Shown here: positions 25,905 through 40,000 of the stretch, piece by piece
Position numbering within the stretch: the stretch's first letter is position 1
How the letters are laid out: each line of letters begins with the position of its first letter
Source of the DNA: Lingula anatina
Taxonomy: Eukaryota; Animalia; Brachiopoda
Assembly: GCA_051362555.1 (NCBI GenBank)
Contig: CM120642.1
Span: forward strand, 8,184,001 to 8,248,000
Reading direction: 5' to 3'
DNA: 64,000 bases
Made by a program: the position numbers and the translations under genes
Notes under the pieces: generated by a model
Databases searched by the model: none
What the model was told of the DNA's origin: nothing
The model's input: the letters and a program-made list of their open reading frames with translations, nothing else

Positions 25905-28900
25905 TTTGCAACACGTGCGAATAATGTAAACAAGAAGGGAACCGCATCGACCATGACCTGGTGACTCTTCACAAACAGACACACACGCTTCACCTATATA
26001 AATATATAACTTACTAAAATATACGCACACACTCGCGATGACAAACACGCACACACGCGCACAACTTATCAATGGGCGGCCTTTCCCGACCCTGACCTCC
26101 ATAAACAGAGGTGTTAGCAACCTTACTAATTATATAACGTCAAGTTGATTATGGACTACTACACTCACACACATTTCACTATACAAGTGCGCCAACAACG
26201 GTTTTTATAAAATTCTCAAACACATGTACGTACTAGTACACATCCGTACTGGCAAACACGGGCATAAAGCGTGCGTTATTTTACATTTTTATACTCACGT
26301 CGATTCACGATCATGGTTCTTGAGCTCTGTGAACTCTTTCACCTTCACTTTCTGCCTCTCCAAGCCACTGCCTCCTGATCCGCCCGGCTTAGTGGTATTG
26401 TGTGGAGTAAAAGCCCTACAAATCAAACACCTATAAATAGCTAGCGTTAAGTGCACGCTCGCCTAGCTACCCATAAAACGACGTTTTTGTAACTTCTCTA
26501 ACAACGCACTGCAACGAGGCGCAGTAGATGCATTCTCGCTACTGTTGTACTCTAAGTACATGTATATAGTTCGGGCTCCCTGGTTGAATCTCCGCACGCT
26601 TGCAGGAAGTTGCCGACCAGTGATTATTTTCACAAACACCGTTCGTTGTTTGCTAGTTTCGCTCTCTTGAACTCCATCGAAATTATCCAGTAACCCTGCT
26701 TTATTGCTGTCTTTGTTGAAATTATTCACTGTGTTTATATGCTCTGTATATAGAACTAATGATATATGTGGATTTTTTGAAGCGTACTTTCGGCACTGCT
26801 TGTGGTGGCACACTGTACGTATGTGGAGCGTCAGGAGTTACTGCTAAATAACTAAGTCTAGTTTATCAAAATGTGTATTACGTGACCCAGAATAAGCCCA
26901 AGTGTGGCTGATAAAAAGTGGTCTGTTGACTCGAAACATGCACTTATCCCGGCACAAATGCAATTCTATTTTCCGACCATCTTCAACATAGTTTTCGAGC
27001 TCTGGTTGCGACTTCGATTTTCATCTTCAAAGTTCTTCCGCTCTGCTTGCATTTCTGTTGTTCAAACACGCGTCTTATGCACACACAAAACAAGTATAAA
27101 AAATCCGCTACAATTCTGAATCTTCTGTCAATAAATGTACTCAAGTTTGACATGCACGAGTATGACTCGGACTCCTAAAATAATCCACCATTCTCCGCAA
27201 TGCTACGGCTGATGCAAGGTTACATACTGAGAAGGTACTCGTCGGTTCGCTACAAAATAGATAGAGTGAATTTTCCACCTCATCCACCTAGGGTTTAAAT
27301 GTTAACAGTTCAGCCAGAAACCCGATATGAGAAGAGCACGCGATTAAGCACTGGGATCGAACAGTAGCAGAATAGAATTAACAGATCGCGTTCAACATCA
27401 TTTCACAGCACAGATGGCACGCTCAGCAGCGTTTCAACCTCACGAGAAATCGAGATTTTTTTCTTCCTGGCCTGTTATGCAGTCTGGCCGGTGAACAGAC
27501 AGACAGCTGCTGGCTTAGGCGGTGTGTTTTTGACGGAGGCGTTAACGTGCAGCCAGTAACTGCGCTCCTTGGCATTTAGATCTCATCTCCACGGACGTGG
27601 AGGTTTACTCTATTTGAATTTAACATCTTTGTTTGTGTGCATCTGATCTTTTCCATTACACAACTTGTAAAAATCTTACCAGTTAAAGAAAAAAATGAAG
27701 TCTGCCTTTTAGCTCCACTGTTCAGATACGCGAATATTTACTCTATTTTCTTATCTATGAGTGCACGTCTTCTGTCTGTCTCTAATACATGAACCTAGAA
27801 ATAATGTTTCCTAATGAGATATTTTTTCTTGATTCCAAAAGTAAATTCTCACTGCTATTATTTCCTCGCAGGTTACGTAGTTGCAATACTATTTAGCTAA
27901 CGCGGACAGTGTATATGTGTAGAGTTTGGCTTTCTGCATTACTTCGTGAAAAAAATGAATCAATTTGTTTTCCTTCTAAAAATTCATATTCTATTTTGGA
28001 AAAAAGTATTTGCTTTACCTAGGAACAAACACCGTATTTTCCAGAATGACTACTTGAAGACAGACGGTGACGTGGGTGACAGAATGTTTTAATGGGCTAT
28101 TTTAAATTGCTTTATGTGCATCGCTTCTTGCAGAATCATGCTGGCATGCTCCTGTCCAATTATAATGTGACTGAGGGGAGATTTGAGATTTGGAAAAGAA
28201 GGAACAAGTAGGACTTGAACAATTTTGTGATACATGTAAGGTGCGCCAAATCAGTGCATGTGAAATTTTTAAAAAATCGTTTTAAGAACTTCAACTATTG
28301 GCACTGCTAAATGAAATGTATGTGTACTCGTCAATCGCATTCTTATGTGAATGTAATATTTTCATTAAGACTATTAATATTATGATGGAGTTATTGTAGT
28401 AAACAGGTTTTGACATTTTATGTGTTTGTTTCTTATTTGAGCCGCATTTTGTGTAATATGCTTTGAAATTCATAACAAGAAGCAAAAACTATTTGTCTAT
28501 TCTTATGTGTTATGTATTGGGAGCAAATCATTCCAAAACGTAAACCAAACAAGAAAAAACTTCACAGGAATGATATTTTTTAGGTTTTGAAATTTTCACA
28601 TGGACTGGTTCAATCCACCTAACCAGTATGATAAAAACCCGTTCAGGCAAGGGCCACTGAAGAACGGAGGTAGGGTAAAGTTGCATGGTTTAACAGCCAG
28701 ATTAAAAAAAACCAATACGTGTTTAAAAACTTTTCTGAATCTTCAGTTGCAGTAATCAAGAATATGACTCAGCTAACTCGTAAAAAATCTCAGCATTATT
28801 TTCAATGTCCCGTCGCCTGACGAATTTCCTGTATGGCAGGTACCCTGAATTACATATGGTGATATATCGAGTGAAGGGGGGTTATATGGGAGGAATAACC

Positions 28901-30155
28901 AAGGAAGAGATTGAGCACAGTTGAACACAAACGTTCAACACAGTTGCATGCATCGATGCCGTGCTCGTAATTAACGATTTGTTATAAAATATTTATACGT
29001 CCTCTCTAGGTATGCAAACAAAAAGCGCATGTTGTCTCTGAACAATCTCTGTTAGTTCATTTCTTGAGTCTATTGTCTGTATTCTACTTAATTGATCTTC
29101 CTTAGGTCGTTCACGTAAAGGTGTTCACAAATAGTAGTACCAGAATGAATACCGCCTATCTTGTTACCCTGTTTCACTCGTACGAAACCTTCGTTTGCTT
29201 ACGATTTCAAGCAACTGGACAATGAGTTTAGGAGATTATTGCTACAAACCTTCGTTGTCATGATCTTTTTTTCTGTCGTTTTCATTTACCAAAACAAAAG
29301 TTATGTTTCGGGATTTTGATTGTTAAATCTTTGTTTTCGATACACCGATAAATTAAGCAAACGACTCTATTACGACAATCGTAATTGATACCAATTTATG
29401 ATTACTACAGTTAGAAAATATTCGTCTCTTAGGGCAACCGACATGTATATTAACTTTAAGGCATGAAAAGCAAATAGTATTCGTGAAATACTCTTTGAAA
29501 CGCACATACCAGTAGATAGCCTGCGGGATCACGTACAGTGTAACAGCTACATGCTCCTAAGTGTCCGATACCAATTTTAGCCGATTAATTTATTCACAAC
29601 ACTGTATTTACATGTTCTTTTCCAAATTATTATTATTTTTTTATATTTGTTTTAACACATTGTAGCATGAACGTTTTTCTCGTCTTCTCTCATTATCCGT
29701 ATACATCATAAACATCTCTCCTCTATTTCAGATACAAATGTTTAGATTTCACAGTAACTGAAATAACGTGTAACATCCATCTAAAAGATGGACCATTGTT
29801 TGATAGACATATAAGCCATTTCACATTTACCTTTACGTGTAAAATGGATGGGATGACCTAGATAAAACAGTACCAAAACTAATTATGCCTGACGTTCGCA
29901 CGTAGCTCATTTCTAGCCATGTTAACTGTCTTAACTTAGGAAAGGGAAGTTTCCGACAGTGACACATTATTTCAACGGAAACTATTTATCGATTTATGAG
30001 AGTTCAGTCTGGCATTAATACAACCGGGTCCTTATCTTCAACGCGGGAATGTCAAACATTTGGTCGTCAGACGGCCTCACGGTAGTGTTCATGATGACAG
30101 TGCATCTAATCAGCCGTCAGTTTTCTAGAAAGCTAACGACTTAGAGGGTTGCTGG

Positions 30156-30277
30156 TGTGACGTGATAGAAAGTCCGATTCCTTCATTTGTACTGGTAACC
30201 CTCGCCCTAGATTTTGACCCACTTGGGTCTGGCTAACCCTAACCATTAACTAAATGGAGAGCAGGCTTTCTGTTACA
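30156..30277. mobile_element. Small TGT...ACA element related to 5567-5727, opposite orientation
   Basis: TGTGAC...CTAACCCTAACC...TCTGTTACA. Confidence 0.4.
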
Positions 30278-32471
30278 CGGACCCTCAGTTTCGTTACAAG
30301 GCTAACTCCAATATTCCCCCGTGCAGCCAGGACTGTTCTGTAGGTCTTTCACTATTAAGAATGTCCGGTCATTGACAGCGATTAAATAGTGCAGAAGGAG
30401 CATTCAGAGTGGTTTTTGATAAAACTGAGTTCTAATGAAACAGAAAAAAGACACTTGGGTACTAATGTTAAATCGTTGGCTATCCATTTGTCATCCAGAC
30501 CACCGGAGTGATTATGATCCAATTCAAATCCACTGCGAGCAGTTTAATTGAAAATAATTTTTGTCAAAACGGCATGAATGCTCTGGAGTAATTCAAAACC
30601 ACGTTCAAACCGTGACCATTATTCCGTAAATTTATTTATGCAATAAATGCAATTGTTCGTCTGTCATAATTTCTGACCCCACTTCCCTCAAATTTCGCTT
30701 CATTTTACGTTAACGTCGCTAGGCCTTGGGGCATCTCGGAAAATAACCGTTGAAGCCTCTCTTCATCTTGTGGCTGACGGAGAGTAAAGACCGCTTTTGG
30801 TCTGTAATGATACGTGTCTGATCGCTGCATAAGTGCCAGAATGCAATAATATTGATTTTGTTTCAGTTTATTTTTTGTTTGTTGAATGTCGAAGCCGATG
30901 ACAATTCCGCATTCCTGTACATCTCAAGTTATCTCTGAAGCTTAGAGTTGATGTTTCATTGAATATCACATCACATCCTCTGAACTGGCACTGTGAATGG
31001 CTGCAGCTCACATACATTGCATTAGATGTTCTCATGGTCAAATGCGATCTGTATTCACCCATGTGACTCACAGCACCTGACACATTCCTTCTGAACTGTA
31101 TCCAGAAGTGAAAAGAAATCGGAAGAACGTGTGCCTTTAATGTTCTATCATTACAAAGGCGAAAAAATCTGGGGATGCTAGGGGATCGCCTTTTGCAACC
31201 ACGTAAGTCGGAGCGGATTAAGGAAGCCGGGAGAGCTAAGTGAAACCCGCAATGAGTCGCTAGTTTTTTACTGAATAGTTATGGAGGTATGCGGGGAGCT
31301 CAGAATCACGCGAGTCAATTACAAAATTTGCAAAACATTTAAGTGGCTTTGACGCAACTAAAACACGTCCATTTAAAAATTCGAAGATGAATCAAGACAG
31401 CACTGCATATAAATGAACAGCAATTTGAGTAGAAAATTTGAGAACAGAACTTAAAATGACTTTATATGACGAGGCCTTATTTTATGATATTGTTACGGAG
31501 GTTATTGGCTTGGTAACTATTGATAAAAGGAGTCAATTTGTGGAATATACTTTGTTTTATTTCCGAGTGCAGTTTACAGGACTTCTATGTGCTAACTTCA
31601 ACCCTTTAAGCCACTGCTCTTGCTACTTGTTGATCCTCTGCTTTAGCACTTCAGCTTTTCGGAAAGTTGACTAACTTTTCAATAAATTTCAGATATATTT
31701 ATATCATAATAAATAGTGTACCGTGTGCAAATACATCAGTACCGTGTGCACTTTACCATGTATGGTCAGAATTACTTTACTTATTGAACAATGCTAATTG
31801 CATGGACAATACGTGAAATCATCAAACCTAAATGCTGGATTACATGAGATTGGTTATACAGATCATTTACGACATGCAGCTAATATCTTTACCTTATTAT
31901 GTATAATGTGATGCAGGAGGCAGGTCATTGTTTTTGCTTAGGTATCAATGTCCAAATTTCCCTTAGAAATTGTCACGCTTCAAAGATAAAACATGACTTT
32001 ACACGTTAAATCCATAGACTATCATCCGGTGCACAATACAGTGCCCAGGGTCAGAAAGTACTCAGTATACCGAAGAGGGGTTTTCCAAAATTATTATTTT
32101 AAATGTTATGTTACCCCGTGACAATATCCCAGAAACCTGAAAATGCTACAGGGTACATACAATTTTCCTTTCGTATTTACAAAGATGAGTGTATCTTTAA
32201 ATGTAACAAAATAATTAAATATATGATTTTGAAAGTGAAAAATAGTGCTGTACTAAGTAATTTACTTAAATAAATCAATCCACCGAAATATAACCAATGC
32301 CATTAATTACCTTTGAAAATGTTTACCAGTATGTCAAGAAATAATCAGAGTGCCTCTGCAGCAAAATACATAAATGTATGCAGAAGAAAATAAAAAGTTT
32401 TCTTGATTCACCATATTTAGTGCGTTATAATTAAAGTGTGAAAAACATTTCCAAAGATTCATCCAATATTT

Positions 32472-33542
32472 TCACTTAGGTGGACCTCCTGGACCATTTG
32501 AAAGTACACACTGACCAATAAGTGGAATACAATTGCGTTTCCGATTTCCCCAACGACCCAAGAAGTTAAGAAAGCTGAATTCCCCAGTAAACTGTCCTTT
32601 GGCGGACATCTTGACAACTTTGAGGTTATCTGCAGTCTTCCATGCTGTTCCGGCGCTACAGAGATCTTTCAACTTGTCTCCGTTGATGAGTTTCTTGTAC
32701 ACGTGGTCCCCTGTGTTTGGCCACATTCCATGGGACCCTTTGGCAGCGTAGACTTGAGCGTGTGTGCAGTCAGTCATCTGTACGATGCGATCCCCTTTCT
32801 TGAATCCGTTACCATTCCACAGAAACTCTCCTCCAAATTTATTGGTGGTGTCCGAACCGTGGATCGACAAATATATGGAGTAAATCTGGTTATTATCGAA
32901 CTTTATCTTTACGTGTTCCCAGTCTCCAACGTGATTACCAAAGGTCGAGTACCCTCCTACGCATCCGTTAATTCGAGGACAAAGGCAATGACCCCACGCC
33001 TTGAAGCACGGGCATACATTATCAAAATAGAACCCCACACACGCCCGTTTTCCTCTGTTGTATGGAAAGAAGAACCAATAAGTGATTTCAACAACGCTAC
33101 CCTTGTCCTCGTATATAACGTATGCTGGGGCGCTGGCAGGATCCTGACCTTTAAAGACGGCGGGTTCTCGACAAGAGGCACAAGATAACGGCGTCTTAGT
33201 TTCCAGGTAGCAGTTCTTGTTACAGGTGGGCAGGGTGCTCGGAGTGACGGACGTGGGACTACCGCCGCGTAAGTTTACGTGTTGGAGGAAATAATCGACG
33301 CTGGATGGTTTCCATTCCTCTCCCACGGCCAACCGGACCACCGGCGCCCACAATTTCGCGGCGGCGACGATATCGGCGTGACTTCGTCCACTGAGGCCAG
33401 CTGTCCTCTGAGCCGTGCATTTTTTCATCGCTTCTATGCTTTCTTTTATTGATTTAGAAATTCCCAGCAATCCACCATTGTTTGGCGACGGATAAAAAAT
33501 CACAGCCGCCAGCAGAACGTACAAACGAGCTGTAACCGTCAT
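32472..33542 (-). CDS. Secreted Vps62/DUF946-like protein, copy 1 (356 aa)
   Basis: Likely start MTVTARLYVLLAAVIF (signal peptide), after a splice acceptor at 33610-33611; the extra 80 aa in the ORF track are intron/UTR. Vps62-type motifs: APVVRL...E.W.PSS, ITYWFFFPYN, FGNHVGDWEHV, VYAAKGSHG, FLGRWG, GPGGP. Confidence 0.85.
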   Translation of the reverse strand: MTVTARLYVLLAAVIFYPSPNNGGLLGISKSIKESIEAMKKCTAQRTAGLSGRSHADIVAAAKLWAPVVRLAVGEEWKPSSVDYFLQHVNLRGGSPTSVTPSTLPTCNKNCYLETKTPLSCASCREPAVFKGQDPASAPAYVIYEDKGSVVEITYWFFFPYNRGKRACVGFYFDNVCPCFKAWGHCLCPRINGCVGGYSTFGNHVGDWEHVKIKFDNNQIYSIYLSIHGSDTTNKFGGEFLWNGNGFKKGDRIVQMTDCTHAQVYAAKGSHGMWPNTGDHVYKKLINGDKLKDLCSAGTAWKTADNLKVVKMSAKGQFTGEFSFLNFLGRWGNRKRNCIPLIGQCVLSNGPGGPPK

Positions 33543-33875
33543 CTTGAAGCAATAATTTGGAGCAGAATTAGGATATCTGTCTTGGCAGATAAACTTGCGT
33601 CTTTGTGTTCTACAAGACAAAAAAAGCAATAGGACATGAGTATACGTGTACATGTAACAAGAAGTAAACATATACGTATGTGTATAAGAAGTAAACACTT
33701 TGCACAAACATTTGAATTTTACTTTAGCAAAACATTTGTTCCATTTCTGCCAGAAAAGGTTTACCAATGTCACCCATGCCAAATATAGGGATTTAAACCA
33801 AATGCCATGTTAAGTTCTTGTCAGAATGTAGATACTGTTTAACATGTTATCAACATTACAATATACTGTGTTACT

Positions 33876-33877
<2 letters not shown>

Positions 33878-33926
<49 letters not shown>
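33878..33926. repeat. (TA)n microsatellite
   Basis: Direct reading. Confidence 0.95.
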
Positions 33927-33928
<2 letters not shown>

Positions 33929-33937
33929 ATAGTGCGT

Positions 33938-35533
33938 ATTCCAATTAATGGATTCGAACACCTTCACAACAGTGCCAACAATTTCATGACCTACTTATTA
34001 ATAGTTACACCATGTGATATCATTTAATTTCATCCAGCTTACCTCTTGTAGATTAAGAAATATAAGGGACCTAATACATATTATACGAGCCATACAATGT
34101 TGATATTCTAAACTTTATCTCTATGTTCATTATAGTAAATATGAATAACATAAAATGTGAAGAAAAAATGACTATGGTTACTTATGGTTAGTCAAACACT
34201 AAAAAGAAATAAAGAAATCGAAATGCTGAGAGCCAAGATCTACCGACACGTGTGTAATATTTCTAAATTGAACATATATACATACGCATATACATGGCTA
34301 CATACTCCCATCATATAAATGGATTTTACATAAGCATTTGTTAACATTGCCGACATCAGCTCACATTTTCCTTATCTTATTTCAACAAACATAAAAATTT
34401 AAGAGAAGAAGACCACGTGAATAACATGTTTAGTAATCACTTTATTGAAATATATATAAGCAAATGGCAACCCACATTTTCATCAAACTCTCTGTGCCAG
34501 CCTACGTATGATGGAAAACGAGCTACGACCGACATACACCACCTATATCTGGCAGGCGTAAATTTACGACTTAGATAAGATCGATGAAAAAACTATTGCA
34601 ATTTTTCTAGGACGTAGCACTTTGCGCTGGATTTACGCCAGCGCAACTGCTACGTCTAACTACGACCGGTTTGTGCACCCGGCCCAGGGCCAGCAGGGCG
34701 TAAATTTACTCGCATACGACTGTCGTCCGTGTGCCAGGTTTACTCTCTCTGCTTACGCTCGTTGCACCTAGACAAAAAACGATCGTCTTAACTACGCCCG
34801 AGTAACGCTTCGTTGCATCACTGCCCAACAATACGTGGATGGTATAATTGGAGAAATGAGGAATTTGCAGCTGCAGTCATAATGGGATGACGGCATAAAT
34901 AAACACAAAATGAGCATTTCAGTAACTGAGAAATTCATAAGCTACATTATTCCATTTTAATTTCGAAATTAAAACGTTAAAAATATGTTAATTTTGCTGT
35001 TGCCTTGAATATATAGCAATAAGATCGTATATATATTCCGAATCAAAATATTATTACGGTATGCTAAAAATTTTAAATCTTTGATTGTTTGAGGCCGTTT
35101 GTAAATGAGAGAAACACGTTGGAGGCAGTAAGTATTCCAATTAATGGGTTTGAACACCTTCACATTTGTTATTGAAACTTTTGAGTCTGAAAATAATGCC
35201 AAAATTGCACCTTTAACGCCAACATTGCTTTCTTTTTATATAGTTTTACAACAGTGTCAGAAATTTCATGAATACTTATTTATAGTTACACCATGTGATA
35301 TCATTTAATTTCATCCAGCTTACACCTTGTAGATTAAGAAATAAAGAGACCTAATACATATCATATTAGCCATACAATGTTGATATTCTAAGCTTTCGTC
35401 TCTATGTTCATGTATAGTAAAATAAGGATGTTATACGATGTGAAGAAAAAATAACTTTGGTTAGTTATGGTTTATCAAAAATTGTGACAAGAAATAAAGA
35501 AACCGAACTGCTGAGAGCCAAGACTTACCGACA
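33938..35533. repeat. Diverged ~310-bp direct duplication (33938-34248 vs 35134-35533)
   Basis: ATTCCAATTAATGG..GAACACCTTCAC through GAGAGCCAAGA..TACCGACA is present twice; the second copy has an ~90-bp insert. Confidence 0.85.
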
Positions 35534-36019
35534 AGTGCGGTAAAATTAGTGCTCTTAGGGAAGTAGGTCATAAAATATGATGTGTCTTTTGACTTTGCCG
35601 AAAACTATAAACATGTAACAGATTCCAGTGTCCAGTAGCAGTGTCCAAATCACCCTGAACAAAATTAGACAATCGTTAAAGGACATATATGATTATTATT
35701 AAGCACAAAATGATTTTACCCTACCGTTAACTAGCAGCCAACTTGGTTGTAGTGCTTTATCAGTCTCACGTTAGTAGTTGTTACTCACCGCTAGGTGGTG
35801 TAACGGCTAAGACCTTATTGTAAAATGACCGGAACATCGCCCGCCCCCCTTTCCCCGTCCCATTTCATGGGTGGCTGGTGACAGCTGATATTTCTTGATC
35901 TTGGTTGAATCTCAGTCAATACTGTGGCCAGTGTTTATTACACGTTCAGAAAACGTGTTAAAAATTATCATCTTTGATCCAACTACATAGCTAATAATAA
36001 TAATAATAATAGCTAATTT

Positions 36020-36230
36020 GAAGGGGGCATTCAAAAGAATAATATTCAACTTTCGAACGCAATCTTTGCCAGAGAACACAATAATTTTTACGTTCGAACG
36101 CATACGTACATATAACATGAAAACAAGGCTGTCGCCGTCTTGGAATGAAAGATTAAGATTGCGCTCGAACGTAATAAATATTGCGTTCAAACGCTGAAAA
36201 TGTTTTTTTTTTCTTTTGCATGTCCCTTAA
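36020..36230. mobile_element. ~210-bp MITE-like inverted-repeat element; inverted partial copy at 36651-36748
   Basis: AAGGGGGCATTCAAAAG...TCGAACGCAAT pairs imperfectly with ATTGCGTTCAAA...CTTTTGCATGTCCCTT. Confidence 0.6.
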
Positions 36231-36828
36231 AAAGCTCCGTACATAATCGTAAAAGAAATTTGTTTAAAAATTCACTGCCAACGGGAAAATTGAAGGACAA
36301 GGTGATGGTGGTTATTTTCTGTTGATTGCACTTTCTTTTCGTGTTGGGTAGTGGGGGGTGGTTCACAAAAAAATTATTTTTCGTTTATAACAACCATGAT
36401 TTGACGATAAATTTTTGCTAGATAACACTCACAGGATGTGTGTGGTGGGTGTCCTAGAATTTACATTTACAAAATATTGGATCCTTTACTGTGAGAAAAA
36501 TAAGCTCACTGACGTCACCCATTATGAAAACAGGAATTTAATACAAATGCCATGTTCTTATCAATATGCAGCTACAATTTAACATGTTATCAACATTACA
36601 ATATACAATGTTACTCTAGTATATATGTATTTAGTTTAACCTAAAATTTAGGTGTTCTCTGGCAAAGATGGCGTTCGAAAGTTGAATTTTATTCTTTTGC
36701 ATGTCCCTTTCAAAGCTAATACGTTTATTAGCTATATAGTTGGATAAACAACACCAAGTTTATCGCGTAACTCTAATATTTACATGTACTTAACGATACA
36801 GTATTTAAAATCGTCGTGTACGAGTACA

Positions 36829-37002
36829 ACTTACCGAGAGTGTAGCGAGGACAACACTTGCACTGGTTCTGGTGTCCTACTACAATGTAAGTGTAACTTC
36901 TCCACTAAAAGTAAGCTTTTTCTATCCCTCAGGAAGGGCAGCAGTCCACCGGTCTTAACCGCAAGTGTGAGTTGAGGTATATCGTTGTGGGCTGCTATAT
37001 AG
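36829..37002 (-). promoter_or_regulatory. Candidate TATA box and non-coding exon 1 of Vps62-like copy 1
   Basis: CTATATAG at 36995-37002 and GTAAGT donor at 36834-36829; spacing similar to the exon-1 layout of copies 2-4. Confidence 0.35.
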
Positions 37003-40000
37003 TGCTCCTAACTAATAATAAGGTGCGTGTAGTGAAGTGGGCTATAGGATATGACGTGTTTCTACTTAAAATTTTATAAAAGAAAGCCTAAAATTATATA
37101 CTTGTTTATTTGTGTCCAAATTACCCTAGGGAAAAGTAGATCATAGAACACGAAATGTGCTAAAAATATACTACCACCGGGGCATGCTTTGGGCACACAT
37201 TATATTTAGAATATTGTTAAATTGTAAGACATGGTAATGATAGTAATTTTTCCAGTGGTTTGACTTACCAGTGGGTGTCTATTCGTGTTGGGGATTGGCG
37301 TCTAGGTCACAGACATTTTAAGTTTATAAAAACCATGACGTCATGGGGAGATTTATGGCGTAGTCTGATCCGATGGAATCAGAAGTATTACATTTAAAAG
37401 AGAATATTGGGCCTGTTTTCATAAAGCTACCACAAACTAGTAATAACAAAGGACAATTTCATTATCTAATAGACCAGTACTGATTTGGTCTACGTCTAAG
37501 CTGAATAAGTCGTCCCGTTCTTGTTTTACTGTCATTCTTTGCTAGTGGTTACAAAATGTTGAATTTGACCGAAAATTTCAAACTTTCTCTGGGAAGCTGT
37601 AATTTTGCGATGTGATAGCTACACCATCACAGTTTATCATTTCATAAAAAGGGAAACAGCAGCTGCCCTTTTTAGGGCACACAGGAGAGTTGAACAGCTA
37701 TACCCACCAAATCCAAGACGCGTTACCCTGGGCAATATATTTTGCACAAACTAATGAAAGTCTAATGGAATGTTTTCAGTTTTAGTTTAAATCATAAGGG
37801 GGTGTTGTCTCAATGCTTCAAAACTGGGTTTGAAGAATTTAATCCACATTTCATAATTAATAAAAATGGTGAATATGGGGTTCACGGTTACGTTATTAAC
37901 GCGGGTACAAAAACTTTTTATAATCATGTAAATAATAACAATATTTTTGCTATTATCCATACACACTTCAATCATGAGGGGCACACCACTTTCACATGCT
38001 TTTAAAATGGAATTGACAAACACAGAGGAATAATGCACATATTTTATTTACTGTAACTCTTTCACATGGGACACACACTGAACAAAGTTGATCTAAAGAA
38101 TGTTCCAGATTGTAGTTTTTTATCTGAATTATTATTTTTTTATTATTATTTTAACACAATAACGTTCAGCTAAATACAAAATTTAACAAAATGAAGTTCA
38201 GTGTAACACAAAGTTCATAATTATAACATTCTTCCTGACATATGTGGACCAATGGTGATATCTGTTCTGTGCTCACTAAGGCATCCACTCTTGGGATTCT
38301 GAAAAAAAATCACACAAAGAATCTGTTAACTCTGATAACGAACAATGGATAACCTAAGGTCACAAATAGTTTATTGCTTATTCAAACAAAGTACAGTGCA
38401 TTATGAGTGGCAAACACGCATTACTGAGACACATTTTCTTCACCCATTTTCGGTGCTTCATTGCGTAACGTAAGTGTTGCTAGTAATCCATTATTGCTGT
38501 TTTTACAGGCGGTTAAATTTTAAACGCACGGAATACAGTGTAGCAGCTTAATTTAAGACAAAACTAAAAAAAAGTAATTCAATTTCGATGATTGAGTTTT
38601 CGAGAACAAGAGAACATGAATACGGTATCACCGCGTCACCATGTTCAATGTGACCTTTAGTCCCCCATGTGTCACAGACGCAAAACGAAAGTTCAGACGA
38701 AGTCACCCTACTTATAGAATGGTAAAAACCAATCGGTACACAAATATGTTGAAACAATTGAAGAAAAATGAAACGAAACTCATTATTTCTCACCTTCATA
38801 CAAAGAAGATCCCAATAAACAATCCTGTGACGGTTAAATCGAGGGAATTACACCTGTGCCCTGCATCCTATCTCGACAGCGTCATTGCGTAACTTGTTAT
38901 CAGAATGGGCCACCCGCCAGTTTGAGCTGGTTTTTTTAGTGTGCAAAAGAAGCCATTCGTGTGTAAGACGTCATCAGTTAGTGAGTATGGAAGAAGATCG
39001 CTATCGATGTATAATTTTCACGCGGCATTTTAAAGTCGTCTGATAAGAATCGATCTTTGAAGTTTCAGCGTTGCGAACGTTATATTGGGACGCGGTGAAG
39101 AAAAATCGACCTTGCTGAGCAATAAATGTGAAATTCTTAAGAAAACTGATATTATCATGGATTTCGTGACACAAACTAACCGACATACTACTTTGGACGA
39201 TTGAACAGTTTTAATACGGAAAGATAGGATTAGATGAAATTTTCATCGGGGTGGGACACCGCATGTATCGTAAGTTAAGCTAATTTTGTGATCATTTTTC
39301 AGTCACTTCAAATAAATTTTTATTTAAATAACCATTTGCACATTCTGTTTATTATATCTTCTTGCAGTAGGTGTATTCCCTGCTTCAATAATTCATTCAA
39401 ACCCTAAACAAACTGTTCCTAAATAGAGGTAGGGTCGAAATTCCACAAAAAAGGACGCCATTTTGAGGGTAATTTCGATATATTTTCTGCTTTTTCTCTT
39501 ATTTTGCTTTTATAACAGCATCCTCCTTGCTCATGCAGCTTCTTTGATTTGTTATTGAAACATACACAACGATGTCATGAGAATTTGGGAGGCTATCTAA
39601 ATTTAAATAACATTCTTGTTATGGCCCCCCTGCAGTGCACCACTAGCAAAGAATGACTGTTTAAGACAAAGATATAATTATTTTGCAAAGCCGATCCCTG
39701 TCCCCCGTCAATTTGCAATCTCAGTCCACATCTACGACTGCCACTGTCTGACTTAAGTATAAATAGGCCGGGCTCATTGCACAGTTTATAAATGGCCATT
39801 AAATTACTTTGCAAATGACGTCTTCATCCATTTTATTTGAACTGGGGATCCGTTATGGCATATTTAGATCACTTAAGTCGTTTTTAAGACGGAGATAGTT
39901 GTTGCATTTCTCTCAGCAAAATCGACGTTAAAACGATTTCTATTTGCAATGTAGGAACTAAATAGAGTGGTGGATGGTTCGAACTAGGTTGAGGAGGACC

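Noticed and set aside
33543-33782. 80-aa N-terminal extension of copy 1
   Set aside because: Non-ATG start, crosses a splice acceptor, absent from paralogs, and would mask the signal peptide.
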